Shown here in pieces: positions 28,998 through 42,456 of a stretch of 64,000 nucleotides of DNA. The DNA comes from Fimbriimonadia bacterium. GTDB lineage: Bacteria > Armatimonadota > Fimbriimonadia > Fimbriimonadales > JABRVX01. The first letter of the stretch is position 1; each line of letters opens with the position of its first letter. The notes beneath the pieces are model-generated. The model saw nothing but the letters and a program-made list of their open reading frames with translations. It had not been told where the DNA came from and made no database searches. Both the position numbers and the translations under genes were made by a program. Location of the stretch: the NCBI GenBank assembly GCA_041483895.1, contig JBGPGO010000001.1, positions 224,001-288,000 of the forward strand, in the 5' to 3' direction.

Positions 28998-29789
28998 TCA
29001 TAATAGCGATTCTAGCCCGACCACGAGGCCCTTGACCTCCAGCACCTTCCGGATTGCCAGCAGAACCCCCGGCATGAAGCACTTTCGATCCATGGAATCG
29101 TGCCGGATCGTGAGCAGTTCCCCTGGCCCGCCGAACAGAACTTCCTGATGCGCTACCAGACCCGGCAGCCGAACGCTGTGGATTTTCACGCCCGAAAGCT
29201 CCGCCCCGCGCGCGCCTTCCAACGTCACCTTTTCCCGCGCGAACGAACGCGGCTTTGCCACCCGGCTCATCGAAAGCCGCTCCGCCGTCCGAGACGCCGT
29301 GCCGGAAGGCGCGTCCAGCTTGCCATCATGATGAAGCTCGATGATCTCGAAGTCCGGAAAATGCTTCGCCGCCTGCTCGGCGAACATCATCATTAGAATC
29401 GCGCCGATGGCAAAGTTTGGGACTAGGAGGCCGCCGATGCCCTGCTCCTCCAGCTCTTTCTTGATGATGCTCCGCTCCTGCGTCCCGTAGCCGCTGGTGC
29501 CGATGACGGGCCGAATTCCTCGGGTGGCCGCCGCCATCACCATGTTTGTCGACGCGCTGGCTATCGTAAAGTCAACCAAAACTTCGGGCCGAGTAGCGTC
29601 CAGCGTCTCGCCAATTCTGTCGTGAATGAGAATACCATTCGGTCCGCCGCCGCCGACGGTCCCACTGTCTTCGCCAACCCTCTCTCGGTCCACCGCCGCA
29701 ACCAGCTCCATATCCCGCTCGGAGCAGACCGCGCGCACGACCTCGCCGCCCATCCGCCCCGCGGCTCCGGCGACAGCCACCCGTATCAT
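28998..29789 (-). CDS. dapB: 4-hydroxy-tetrahydrodipicolinate reductase
   Basis: GAAGRMG, PNFAIG, ELHHDGKLDAPSGTA. Confidence 0.97.
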   Translation of the reverse strand: MIRVAVAGAAGRMGGEVVRAVCSERDMELVAAVDRERVGEDSGTVGGGGPNGILIHDRIGETLDATRPEVLVDFTIASASTNMVMAAATRGIRPVIGTSGYGTQERSIIKKELEEQGIGGLLVPNFAIGAILMMMFAEQAAKHFPDFEIIELHHDGKLDAPSGTASRTAERLSMSRVAKPRSFAREKVTLEGARGAELSGVKIHSVRLPGLVAHQEVLFGGPGELLTIRHDSMDRKCFMPGVLLAIRKVLEVKGLVVGLESLL

Positions 29790-31027
29790 GATTCGAACGG
29801 TCCTATGGTGGTCAGCGCCATTTTGTTGGGATTGAGGCAGACCTGCGCGATCCGGTGGATATCCGCCGTGGTGACGGCGTTTATTTTCTCCACGGTCTCC
29901 TCAATCGGGATGATGCGCTCAAAATAAAGCTCGTTTTTGGCCATGCGTGTCATGCGATTGCTCATCCCTTCGAGTCCTAGAACCATATTTCCCCGCAACT
30001 GGTTCTTGGCCTTCTCCACTTCATCCTCCGGCAGCGGCTCCTGGCAGAATTTATCCATCTCGATGCGGCTCAGCTCTTTGACCTGCTCGAAATTGCTCAT
30101 GCTGGTGCCGCCGTAAATCACGATAACGCCACCCTCCGCATAGGAGACAGCGTACGATCCAATCGCATAGACCAACCCGCGCTTCTCCCGAATCTCCTGG
30201 AACAGCCGGCTGCTCATGCTTCCGCCCAAAATCGTGTCCATCACCGCGATGGTGTACTTGTCGTCTTCGTGCTGACTAAATCCCGCGCCGCCGAGGCAGA
30301 AATGTACGCTCTCGATGTCCCGCGAGATTGTCATTGATTCTTTGTGAACGGTCGGCGCATGCGTTTTGATCATGTCGGATGTGCCATCTATCTGACCCAA
30401 CTGCGACTCCGCAAATCGCAAAATCATCTCCGGGTCGACATTGCCCGCCACGCTGATGACGATTCGATTCGGCGCGTACCGGCGATTCAGATACTTCAGA
30501 ATATCGTCTCTCCGAATGGCCGAAACGGACTCCGCGGTCCCGATGACCGGAAGCGCCAACGGATGCTCGCCCCACGCCGTCTGCATAAAAAGATCGTGTA
30601 CCAATTCCTCCGGCTGGTCTTCGTGACGCTTGATCTCTTCCAGCACGACCATCTCTTCCCGCTCCAGCTCTTCCGGGTCGTGCAGAGAGTTGAGAACCAT
30701 GTCGCTCAGCACATCGAGCGCATCCGCAACATCTTCGGACAGCACCCGCGCGTAGTAGCAGGTGAATTCCTTATCGGTGAAAGCGTTGAGCGATCCACCG
30801 CTGCTTTCGATCTCCTCCGCGATCTGCTTCGCGGTTCGGCTCTTGGTACCCTTGAACATCATGTGCTCGATCAGGTGCGAAATTCCCGCTTCGCTGGCGG
30901 TCTCGTACCGTGACCCGGTCCCGATCCAGAGCCCGATTGCGGCGGATTTCACATAATCCACCGGTTCCACCAGCACCCGCAACCCGTTCGATAGTCTCGT
31001 GTTGGAGATATTGTCGATGACCATCAC
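29786..31027 (-). CDS. M16 family zinc peptidase
   Basis: HLIEHMMFKGT inverted zinc motif, NAFT, SSRLFQEIREKRGLVY; follows pnp. Confidence 0.93.
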   Translation of the reverse strand: MMVIDNISNTRLSNGLRVLVEPVDYVKSAAIGLWIGTGSRYETASEAGISHLIEHMMFKGTKSRTAKQIAEEIESSGGSLNAFTDKEFTCYYARVLSEDVADALDVLSDMVLNSLHDPEELEREEMVVLEEIKRHEDQPEELVHDLFMQTAWGEHPLALPVIGTAESVSAIRRDDILKYLNRRYAPNRIVISVAGNVDPEMILRFAESQLGQIDGTSDMIKTHAPTVHKESMTISRDIESVHFCLGGAGFSQHEDDKYTIAVMDTILGGSMSSRLFQEIREKRGLVYAIGSYAVSYAEGGVIVIYGGTSMSNFEQVKELSRIEMDKFCQEPLPEDEVEKAKNQLRGNMVLGLEGMSNRMTRMAKNELYFERIIPIEETVEKINAVTTADIHRIAQVCLNPNKMALTTIGPFES

Positions 31028-31044
31028 GCCTCACTTTATACTGA

Positions 31045-31074
31045 GCGGTCGGCCGGCAAATACCGGCCGACCGC
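31045..31074. terminator. Hairpin after pnp
   Basis: gcggtcggccgg-caaata-ccggccgaccgc. Confidence 0.55.
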
Positions 31075-31099
31075 AATGATACTCGGACATTCTTCGAAG

Positions 31100-33463
31100 C
31101 TATCGCCTGGGTCGGAAGCGGGCGCCCGGAGAATCGTCGCCCTGCTCCTGTGTCGGCTCCTTGCTGGGTTCCGAAGGCGGCGGGGAATCTCTGCGCGGGG
31201 CCGGGCCCCGCGAATCGCTTCGTCCGCGCGGTGGTCCACCGCGCCGATCAGGTGGGCCGCCTCTGCCACGATCGCCGTAGCCGCCGCGGTCCCGATCGCC
31301 GTATCCGCCGCCACCTCGGTAGGGTGGCGGGCCACCACCACCGTTATTCTCGTCGCCCGGCCGATCCTGCAGCTCTTCCTTCGTCTGCGGCAAGCCCAAC
31401 GCCGAGAGGTTCAAGCGGCCAAGGTGGTCGATTTCGTCAATCTTCACCTTGATCGGATCGCCGACCTGCACCACATCTTCCGGTCGCCGAATTCGTCGCC
31501 GAACCAGCTTCTCGATGGGTACCAGGCCTTCGCGGCCGGGAAGGAACTCGACGAAGGCGCCGCGTCCCATCAATCGGGTCACCTTGCCGTCGTAGATTTC
31601 GCCGATCGTTGGATCGGTGGTCAGGTCGTGGATCATCTTCCGAGCCATCTCGCCCTTCTCGAAATCCGGCGCCGCGATGTAGACGCGTCCCGTCTGCTCG
31701 ATGTCGATTTCGGCGCCGGTCGTCGCGCAGATCTTTTGGATCACGCGGCCTCCGGGGCCGATGACTTCGCCGATGCGACTCGGGTCGATCTCCATAACGA
31801 AGATTCGAGGAGCGTACTGCGAGAGACTCTCTCTCGGAGCGGCGATTGACTTATCCAAACTGTCCAAGATGACCATGCGCGCATCGTTCGCCTGGGCGAG
31901 AGCCGCGCGTAGCAGCTCCACCGTCAGACCTCCGATTTTCGCGTCCAATTGCAGCGCGGTGATTCCGGCCCGTGTTCCCGCGATCTTGAAGTCCATGTCG
32001 CCGCAGGCGTCTTCCAGTCCTTGGATGTCCGTCAGGATCACATTGTTCTTCTCGTCGCTCACCATACCCATCGCGATCCCACCGACCGGCGCGGTTATCT
32101 GAACGCCCGCGTCCATCAGCGCCAGGCTGCTGCCGCAAACGCTCGCCATGGAGGAAGACCCGTTGGATTCCAACACTTCGGAGGTCACCAGCATCGAATA
32201 GGGGAACGCCTCCGAGTCAGGGATGACATAGCGGAGCGCTCGCTCGGCGAGGGCGCCGTGCCCTACCTCTCGTCTGCCCGGTCCCCGCATCGGCCGCGTC
32301 TCACCAGTGGAATAGGGCGGGAAGTTATAGAAGTGCATATAGCGCTTCTTCGTGTCCTCTTCCAATCCGTCGATGATCTGCGCGTCGTCAAGCGGCCCCA
32401 GAGTTACCGAGGTAAGCACCTGGGTCTGGCCGCGGGTGAATAGGCCGCTGCCATGCACGCGGGGCAGCAACCCGACCTCCGAGCTGAGATCGCGAATTGC
32501 CTTCGGATCCCGTCCGTCCACTCGCTTTTGGTCGGACAAAATCATGCTGCGCACGGTGTATTTGATCAGTTTTTCCACCGCCTCGCGAACCTGCGCCTGC
32601 TGCGCTTCGTCCTCGAACTTGCCCTCCAACTTGGCAACGACATCGCGCTTCAGGTCGTCAACAGCTGACTCGCGCTTCAGTTTGTCCGGATTGCGAAGAG
32701 CGGCATCGATATCCGCAGCCGCTTCGGCCTTTACGACGGACATCACTTCCTCGGCGATGGTGTGCAGCGGAACCTCAGTCTTCACTGCGCCGACCTTGGC
32801 TGCCAGTTCGTTTTGGAGGCTGCACAGCTCCTTGATAATGCCGTGCCCAAACTCCATCGCCGCCAGCATTTTGGCCTCGTCAACCTGGGCCGCCCCCGCT
32901 TCGATCATAACGACTTGGCTTTCGTTGCCTGCTACGATCAGATCGAGGTCGGAGATTCCCATCTGCTCAACCGAGGGGAAGGGGATAAATTCGCCATCAA
33001 TCAGTCCAACGCGAACACAGGCGATGGGACCTGCAAACGGGATGTCCGACACCATCAGCGCGCATGAGGCAGCGGTAACGGCCATAACGTCCGAGGGATT
33101 TTCGGGTTCAACCGAAAGCGTTGTCGCGATAACCTGCACGTCGTTGCGCATGCCGTCGGGGAACAAGGGCCGCAAGGGCCGGTCAATGAGGCGGGAGGTG
33201 ATAATCGCCTTCTCGCTCGGGCGGCCGCCTCTCTTGATAAATCCGCCGGGAATCTTACCGACGCTGTACTTTCGTTCTTCGTAATCGCATGTCAGGGGGA
33301 ACCAATCTGCCCCTGAACGGGGTTCCTTGCTCATAGTGGCGGCGACAATTATTATCGTATCGCCCACGCCGATGAGTACGGAGCCGTTGGCCTGCTTTGC
33401 CAGTCTGCCGGTTTCAAAGAAAAACTCTTTGCCGGCGATCGCACGGCTTACCGTGTGGATCAT
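31100..33463 (-). CDS. pnp: Polyribonucleotide nucleotidyltransferase
   Basis: SRLIDRPLRPLFP, FTRGQTQ, RREVGHG, ESNGSSSMAS, GDMDFK, KH and S1 domains. Confidence 0.98.
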   Translation of the reverse strand: MIHTVSRAIAGKEFFFETGRLAKQANGSVLIGVGDTIIIVAATMSKEPRSGADWFPLTCDYEERKYSVGKIPGGFIKRGGRPSEKAIITSRLIDRPLRPLFPDGMRNDVQVIATTLSVEPENPSDVMAVTAASCALMVSDIPFAGPIACVRVGLIDGEFIPFPSVEQMGISDLDLIVAGNESQVVMIEAGAAQVDEAKMLAAMEFGHGIIKELCSLQNELAAKVGAVKTEVPLHTIAEEVMSVVKAEAAADIDAALRNPDKLKRESAVDDLKRDVVAKLEGKFEDEAQQAQVREAVEKLIKYTVRSMILSDQKRVDGRDPKAIRDLSSEVGLLPRVHGSGLFTRGQTQVLTSVTLGPLDDAQIIDGLEEDTKKRYMHFYNFPPYSTGETRPMRGPGRREVGHGALAERALRYVIPDSEAFPYSMLVTSEVLESNGSSSMASVCGSSLALMDAGVQITAPVGGIAMGMVSDEKNNVILTDIQGLEDACGDMDFKIAGTRAGITALQLDAKIGGLTVELLRAALAQANDARMVILDSLDKSIAAPRESLSQYAPRIFVMEIDPSRIGEVIGPGGRVIQKICATTGAEIDIEQTGRVYIAAPDFEKGEMARKMIHDLTTDPTIGEIYDGKVTRLMGRGAFVEFLPGREGLVPIEKLVRRRIRRPEDVVQVGDPIKVKIDEIDHLGRLNLSALGLPQTKEELQDRPGDENNGGGGPPPYRGGGGYGDRDRGGYGDRGRGGPPDRRGGPPRGRSDSRGPAPRRDSPPPSEPSKEPTQEQGDDSPGARFRPRR

Positions 33464-33492
33464 ACCTATACCGTCCTTTGAGGGAGGCCGGC

Positions 33493-33762
33493 CTATCCGC
33501 GAAGACCGAGTCGCTTAATTAGCCCACGATATCGCTCGACGTCAATTCGGCGGAGATAGGCCTGCAAACGCTTGCGGCGGCCAACCAGCAACAGAAGGCC
33601 TCTACGCGAGTGAAAGTCGTGCTTATGTTCGCGCAAATGGTCTGTTATCTGGAGGATTCGTGCGGTAAGTAAGGCAATCTGGACCTCTGCGGAACCAGAA
33701 TCCCCTGCTTTTGCACCGTGGTCGGCGATAATTTGTGCTTTTTGAGCTTGCGGCAGCGGCAT
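33493..33762 (-). CDS. rpsO: 30S ribosomal protein S15
   Basis: [28 protein letters not shown]. Confidence 0.98.
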   Translation of the reverse strand: MPLPQAQKAQIIADHGAKAGDSGSAEVQIALLTARILQITDHLREHKHDFHSRRGLLLLVGRRKRLQAYLRRIDVERYRGLIKRLGLRG

Positions 33763-33876
33763 GTACCGTAGCCTCCGATGATTTTCGTAATCGGCGGTTG
33801 GGCTGCATTTATGCCGCTCTACGTCAGCGCCTCTTGGAAGCGCCTACGGACAACGGCACGGTCAGCCAACCCGCGT
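33763..33876 (-). promoter_or_regulatory. Structured rpsO 5' leader
   Basis: -10 TACACT at 33883-33888; long hairpin gcgggttggctg...cagcccaaccgc with inner tgccg/cggca and gcgctt/aggcgc stems. Confidence 0.5.
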
Positions 33877-34040
33877 CTCGGAAGTGTACCAGCCCCCAAC
33901 CCAAAGTTGCAAGGGTCACCGACAGAAACGTTCTGCCTGTCCGCTGGGAACTAGAAGTAGCCTAAATCAGTCTAAACCTGTAGGTACGAGCGGGCCGTGA
34001 AGTTGCCGCGGTGGCAGTCTTGTCTAAGGTAAGAAACTCG

Positions 34041-36833
<2,793 letters not shown>

Positions 36834-36837
<4 letters not shown>

Positions 36838-38120
36838 ACATCGATACCGAAAAGGCGCGGTTTGAAACGCTGGCCCTTCATGGAGGCTGGTCTCCCGACC
36901 CGGCAACCACGGCGCAGGCGGTCCCGATCTATATGACCGCGGGCTACGAATTCCGCTCCCCCGAGGCTGCCGCCGACATCTTCGCCCTGAAACAACGCGG
37001 CCTGAACTATTCGCGCATTCAAAATCCGACCATAGACGCGTTCGAGAAGCGGATGGCTTTGCTCGAAGGCGGCGTGGCGGCGGTCGCGACGGCATCCGGC
37101 CAGACGGCCACGATGTATGCGTTGCTGAACATCATGCGGCAAGGCGACAATGTCGTCTCCTCCTCCAGCCTCTACGGAGGAGTTCACGGCCTGCTCAAGT
37201 ACCCGATGGGCAAGATGGGCTTCCACGTCAAGTTCGTCGATCCGCATGATCTGTGTGCTTGGAAGTCGGCTATCGACGACCGCACGCGCGCTTTCTACGC
37301 CGAATCGCTGGGAAATCCGAAGGTCGATACGCCGGACATCGCGGCGATCGCCGACCTGGCTCACGAGAACGGAATTCCGTTGGTTATCGACAACACCGTC
37401 CCCTCGCCGTTTCTCTGCCGTCCGTTCGAACACGGGGCCGACATCGTGGTCCACAGCACCACGAAGTACATCGGCGGACACGGGATCGCTATCGGCGGGG
37501 TGGTCGTCGATAAGGGAGATTTCAATTGGTCAAACGGCAAGTTCCCGGAGTTCACCGACGCGGACCCGGTTACGCACGGGTATCGCATCCATCGGCAGTT
37601 TTCCCGCATGGCATACGCGCAGAAGCTGCGAACCCATTGGCTGCGCGATACGGGCGGCTGCATGTCGCCTTTCAACGCCTGGGCATTCCTGATCGGGCTC
37701 GAGACGTTGCCGCTGCGAATGGAGCGTTGTTCGCAAAACGCGCTGGAGCTCGCCCGGTGGTTGTCCAGCCATCCCAAGATCAGTTGGGTCTGCTACCCTG
37801 GGCTCGAAGACCATCCTACGCACAAGAACGCCGTTCGGTACCTGCGCGGGGGCTTTTCCGGCATGATGGGGATCGGGATCAAAGGTGGGATGGACGCGGC
37901 GATTAACTTCATCAAGCGCGTCAATGTGTTCACCCATGTGGCCAATTTGGGGGACTCAAAATCGCTTGTCATTCACCCGGCGAGCACAACTCATTCCCCA
38001 TTGGAACCCGAAGAGCGCGCGGAAGCCGGCATCACAGACGACTTCGTCCGTGTCAGCGTCGGCATCGAGCATATCGATGACTTGAAGGAGGATCTGGATC
38101 AGGCGCTTTCTTCGCAATAG
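36834..38120 (+). CDS. metY: O-acetylhomoserine aminocarboxypropyltransferase
   Basis: YSRIQNPT, HSTTKYIGGHG, ANLGDSKSLVIHPASTTH. Confidence 0.92.
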
Positions 38121-38154
38121 GACATATAGGTCCTATACGTCGTATACGTCCTAT
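38117..38154. repeat. Short 9-mer tandem palindromic repeat
   Basis: ataggacat ataggtcct atacgtcgt atacgtcct at. Confidence 0.6.
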
Positions 38155-38190
38155 CTCCTCGGATCTAGCCCCAAGGTATAACCCAACCCT

Positions 38191-39324
38191 ATGGCTCAAA
38201 GAAAGTCGCGCATCGCAATCGCCATGTCCGGCGGCGTGGACAGCTCCGCCGGCGCGGCCCTGCTCGTCCAACAGGGATACGACGTGATTGGCCTTACGAT
38301 GCAGATATGGCAGGAGAGCCAGACCGACGCGCGCCATGCCGGGTGCTGCTCGCTCGGGGCGGTGGAAGACGCCCGCCGCGTCGCCCGGGTCCTGGACATC
38401 CCGTACTACGTCCTCAACTTCCGCGAGGACTTTCGCCAAAAGGTGATCGACCAGTTCGTGGATGAATACGCGCGCGGGCGCACCCCCAATCCCTGCGTCA
38501 ACTGCAACCGGTACGTGAAGTTCGACCTCCTCCTCAGTCGTGCCCGCGAACTGGGATGCGAGAAGCTCGCGACGGGACATTACGCCCAGGTGAAGAGGCA
38601 TTCCAACGGCAGGTACGCGGTCGCCCGGGCTGTGGCCAAGGAAAAGGACCAGTCCTACGCTCTCTACGCCAGCAGCCAGGAGCAGCTCGCCCACATGCAC
38701 TTTCCGCTGGGCACGATGACCGACAAGGCCGAAACCCGCCGACTCGCCGCCGATGCCGGACTTAGCGTCGCCGAAAAGCCGGATTCGCAAGAGATATGCT
38801 TCGTGAGCGAGGCCGGTGGATATCGCGAATTCTTGATGACGAAGCGGCCCGAGGCGTTCCAAATCGGCGAGATACGGGATGTCGGCGGCCAGATGCTGGG
38901 AACCCATGGCGGCCTCGCGCAATACACAATCGGCCAGCGCAAAGGCATTGGGGTCGCGCCGGACAGCCGTCCTCGCTATGTGGTGAGCCTGGACATGGCT
39001 ACGAACACTCTCGTCGTGGGCGACGACCAGGACCTTCGAAGGGACGCTGTGACGGTGGACGACGTGGTGTGGAGCGGCCGCAACGGTCTTACCCAGCCAC
39101 TGCGCGTAAAGGCCAAGATTCGGTACAATATGGAGGCCTGCGACGCGGTCTTGTATCCGCAGGACGACGCGGGTCGGCTAACCGCCCGCTTCGTTCAGCC
39201 GGTTCGAGCCGTTACTCCAGGTCAAATTGCGGTATTCTATTCAGGAGAGTGCATCGTCGCCGGTGGAACAATCGTATCGGAGGCAGATGCCGGCCCCAAT
39301 CGGTTCGAGGAGGATTTGAAATGA
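38191..39324 (+). CDS. mnmA: tRNA 2-thiouridylase
   Basis: MSGGVDS, TPNPCVNCN, ATGHYA, KDQSY, DSQEICF, TIGQRKG. Confidence 0.97.
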   Translation: MAQRKSRIAIAMSGGVDSSAGAALLVQQGYDVIGLTMQIWQESQTDARHAGCCSLGAVEDARRVARVLDIPYYVLNFREDFRQKVIDQFVDEYARGRTPNPCVNCNRYVKFDLLLSRARELGCEKLATGHYAQVKRHSNGRYAVARAVAKEKDQSYALYASSQEQLAHMHFPLGTMTDKAETRRLAADAGLSVAEKPDSQEICFVSEAGGYREFLMTKRPEAFQIGEIRDVGGQMLGTHGGLAQYTIGQRKGIGVAPDSRPRYVVSLDMATNTLVVGDDQDLRRDAVTVDDVVWSGRNGLTQPLRVKAKIRYNMEACDAVLYPQDDAGRLTARFVQPVRAVTPGQIAVFYSGECIVAGGTIVSEADAGPNRFEEDLK

Positions 39325-39566
39325 GTGACAACGACAGCTCTGAAGACAGAAGCGTAATGCTTTATATGCTGGCCGGGATTGGCTTAGGCGCGCTGATCGG
39401 CGCCGCCGCCGGTCTCCTGTTCGCTCCCAAAGCCGGGAACGAGATGCGTGAAGACATCAATCAGCTTTTCGCCGATAAGCGGCGGCAGTTCTCGGATTGG
39501 GTTGCCGAAATGAAGGCCAAACGGCTGGGCGACAAAGAGTCTGCGGAGGAAGCTGCGGCTAACTAG
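39321..39566 (+). CDS. YtxH domain protein
   Basis: GIGLGALIGAAAGLLFAPKAGNEMRE; GAGGAGG SD. Confidence 0.85.
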   Translation: MSDNDSSEDRSVMLYMLAGIGLGALIGAAAGLLFAPKAGNEMREDINQLFADKRRQFSDWVAEMKAKRLGDKESAEEAAAN

Positions 39567-39581
39567 CCGAATCTCCACTAG

Positions 39582-40748
39582 ATGCGAAACTGGTGGCGGC
39601 TAACGATTTGGGCGGCCCTTGTTGTGGCCGCCCTTTGGTTTCTTTGGCGTGTTTCCTCGGTCCTTACCCCTTTCGTTCTCGCGTGGCTGATAACAAGCTT
39701 CATGGAGCCCACCATCAAGAAGCTGCGAGCCGCCGGGTATTCGCGCGGCCGGGCTGTATTCCTCGTCTTTTTCTGCTTCTTCATGATTATCACCGCGACA
39801 TCCGTCATCGTGGTTCCGAGCCTGATCTCGCAGTTCCGGGTGTTCAACAAACAGATCCCACAATACGTGACCGAGATTGAAGACCTTCTCAAATCAATGA
39901 TTCCGACGGACAAGGAGTTGAAACGGCAGCAGGCCACCTTGGCGATGTTTGGCCTTCCGGCCGACCGGCAGCAGATATACGACGAACAGATCGCACCGCA
40001 TATTGCGGACATCCAGAACTACGCCGTCAATGCCGGAAAATCTCTGCTGAGCAAGCTATCCGCCGTCTTCAGTCTCCTGATCACGATCATCCTGACCCCC
40101 ATCCTCACCTTCTTCCTGATGATGGACTACGACACCATCCGGCGTCGGACCGTCCGACTGATTCCCATGTCGATCCGGGGTCAATCCATCGATCTGTTCG
40201 ATGACATTGGGGACGTTTTCACCAACTATCTTCGCGGGATGCTGACCTCGGCGGTCATCTATGCCACCTGCGCCTCCCTGGTCTATTGGTTCCTGGGCCT
40301 TCCGGTCCCGCTGCTGCTCGGGGTTTTGGCCGGCTGCTTCTCGATTGCGCCTTATATCGGGTTTCTGCTTAGTACTACTATGGTGCTGATCGCGGCGATG
40401 GTGGTTCCGGTTGAGGGATGGACGCCGCTCATCGCTATGGGGGGACAGGGCGCCCACGTTGTTGGGTCGCTGGCTCTATACATCGTCTATGACCAGTCCT
40501 ACGGCCTGTTCGTGCTGCCGCGAATCATGGGCCGGGCGGTTGGGATACACATTTTCATGGCGTTCTTTGCCATCGCGGCCGGCGGCACGCTCTTCGGGCT
40601 ACCCGGGCTGGTTTTGGCCTATCCGGTGGCCGGCAGCATAAAGCTGATCGCCGAACGGATCCTGGGCTATGTTGTGGACGATCGTCCAAAAGTTCACTAC
40701 ACTCTTCCCCGAATCCCGCTCCGCTTCCGCGCACGAAGTCCGGTATAG
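39582..40748 (+). CDS. AI-2E family transporter
   Basis: Multi-TM; YLRGML, IAPYIG, PRIMGRAVGIH, GGTLFGLPGLVLAYP. Confidence 0.88.
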   Translation: MRNWWRLTIWAALVVAALWFLWRVSSVLTPFVLAWLITSFMEPTIKKLRAAGYSRGRAVFLVFFCFFMIITATSVIVVPSLISQFRVFNKQIPQYVTEIEDLLKSMIPTDKELKRQQATLAMFGLPADRQQIYDEQIAPHIADIQNYAVNAGKSLLSKLSAVFSLLITIILTPILTFFLMMDYDTIRRRTVRLIPMSIRGQSIDLFDDIGDVFTNYLRGMLTSAVIYATCASLVYWFLGLPVPLLLGVLAGCFSIAPYIGFLLSTTMVLIAAMVVPVEGWTPLIAMGGQGAHVVGSLALYIVYDQSYGLFVLPRIMGRAVGIHIFMAFFAIAAGGTLFGLPGLVLAYPVAGSIKLIAERILGYVVDDRPKVHYTLPRIPLRFRARSPV

Positions 40749-40754
40749 GCGCGA

Positions 40755-42144
40755 TTATCGCCTTCGGCGGCTGCGCTTCGTAAACCAGAGGCCCGAGAGA
40801 ACAGCGGCGGCCCATCCCGGTTCCGGTACGGGCGTCGAGAAAAAGACGCTGTAAGTGCCGTCGTTCATTTGCGCACGCCACAGGCATTGTCCATTCGCTC
40901 CAATCGCCAACGCCCGCGCATTCTGATATGTCCCCGGCGCAAGGGCGTCCTCGCTGAGCGAAAACTCATTGAGAAATACCTGAAAAATCCCGTTGGTATT
41001 CGATCCCGCGCCTGACCACAGCGTTCCGCCCGCCTCGTCAATTCCAACAACAACAAGCGGGCCGGACTGATCGCCAAGAGCCGATGTCGAGACGTCGGTC
41101 GAGTCGACAAAGGTCCTGAACTCATTCGTGGCGAGATCTCTCGCCAGCCATGCGATATGGCCGGACTCAGAGATGTAATTTTGCAACTGGTCGATATCCC
41201 GCGGGTTGGACCCGAACGCCTCTGCCGAAACATCCTGCATATCCCGCATGATATGGTTGGTGCTCGAACGACTGTCCGTATAGAGCCAAAAAATGTGACC
41301 GGAGTCAGTGATCCCTCGGGCACGACTGCCCAAGAGTCCAGGAAACTTGCCGCTCGTCAGATCGCCATTATTTAAGAAGAGTTCAGTTACGCCGGTACCT
41401 GCGTACGACCCATCCCACAATAGATTCCCCGCGTCATCGATTTTGCCTTCGTAGGCACGGCCTCCGGGTCCAAGAATCGGACCGGAATAATCAGTGGAGT
41501 TCAAAAAAACATGCGATTCGCTGACTCCGTTGATGGTTGCTCCCGCTTGCCAAACGCAATCACCCTTTCGGTTCATAACGTCGAGATTGATCCCTCCGAA
41601 CTCCGGAAAGTTCGCGTTCAGTTGCTCCGTACCCCCTGTATACGATACTTCCGGTGGCCTTTGAATGAAACAGCCAAAAGGGAAGCCCGTCGTTGCTGAC
41701 CCCTGCAATCCAAGGTCGGTCAACGTACCGGCTCGCAGGCTGTACCTTTGTGTAGTAGTCGACTCCGTCAACCATCACCCGGTTAGAAAGGGCATCGCTC
41801 GCATTGTATGCAACCATACCCGAGTCGTTGATGTAACCCGTCATCGCGTCTGCGTACGGCCCCAAATATAGTTGACCAAGGTCGGTTTTGTAACGATACG
41901 CCGCGGTCGCGTTGGGGATTCCGACAGTGAAGATGGGAACGCCTTGCACGTTCACGTGATTGGGATATGAGTTAACTTCGACCGACCTCGCGCCGCTGAA
42001 GAGCAATTCATGCTTCCACTGCGTCTGTGCTTCGGTATTGACCCCAATTAGAGCAAAGAAGCAAAGAGACGCCGCAAGCGCATATCGGCGCCGAGCGAAT
42101 GGGTGGTAATTGAATTTCGGATCGTCCTTAGCATAACTCTTCAT
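40755..42144 (-). pseudogene. PEP-CTERM protein split by an extra base (paralog of 2048-3391)
   Basis: ORF 41560-42144 has the signal peptide and QTQWKHELL; ORF 40755-41771 has the STPVPEP tail. Removing one C from the C5 run at 41632-41636 joins them (..IVYRGTEQLN..). Confidence 0.8.
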
Positions 42145-42182
42145 GGCACCAGCAACCTCGTAATTTGCGCAGTACTAGGTTA

Positions 42183-42211
42183 TTTATATCACAATTCTCC
42201 TGAGATGGCAA
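42183..42211 (-). promoter_or_regulatory. Sigma70 promoter for 42144 gene
   Basis: TTGCCA-17 nt-TATAAA with TG extension on - strand. Confidence 0.6.
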
Positions 42212-42294
42212 GTTAGACCCTTGCGGTGGAGTCAGAATTTGGTCGCCCGGCTAGCCGGATCGCCGATACCCGATGCCTGAGGTGTGTGGTCAAT

Positions 42295-42456
42295 AGACAA
42301 CCGGGGTCTTGCCCCCAGAGCAAGACCCCGGCCATGTCATCCGCTGAACGGAGGGTTAGCGAATATCTTGAGCGGCCCTTGCGGGCCAACTGTCTGCGGT
42401 TAAGACGATGGAAGCATGGCGAAGGTTCCAGCCACCTGTGCCCTAATCTCCAGCGG
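42295..42456 (-). ncRNA. Candidate structured small RNA
   Basis: Extended -10 TGCTATACT upstream, closing stem ccgctg/cagcgg, GGCCC-GCAA-GGGCC tetraloop hairpin, then a strong hairpin ccggggtcttgc/gcaagaccccgg with T-rich tail; no credible ORF. Confidence 0.4.

Noticed and set aside
42355..42405. tmRNA tag-like reading (TAACC GCA GAC.. on - strand)
   Set aside because: The peptide does not end in an ALAA-like tag and there is no tRNA-like domain.
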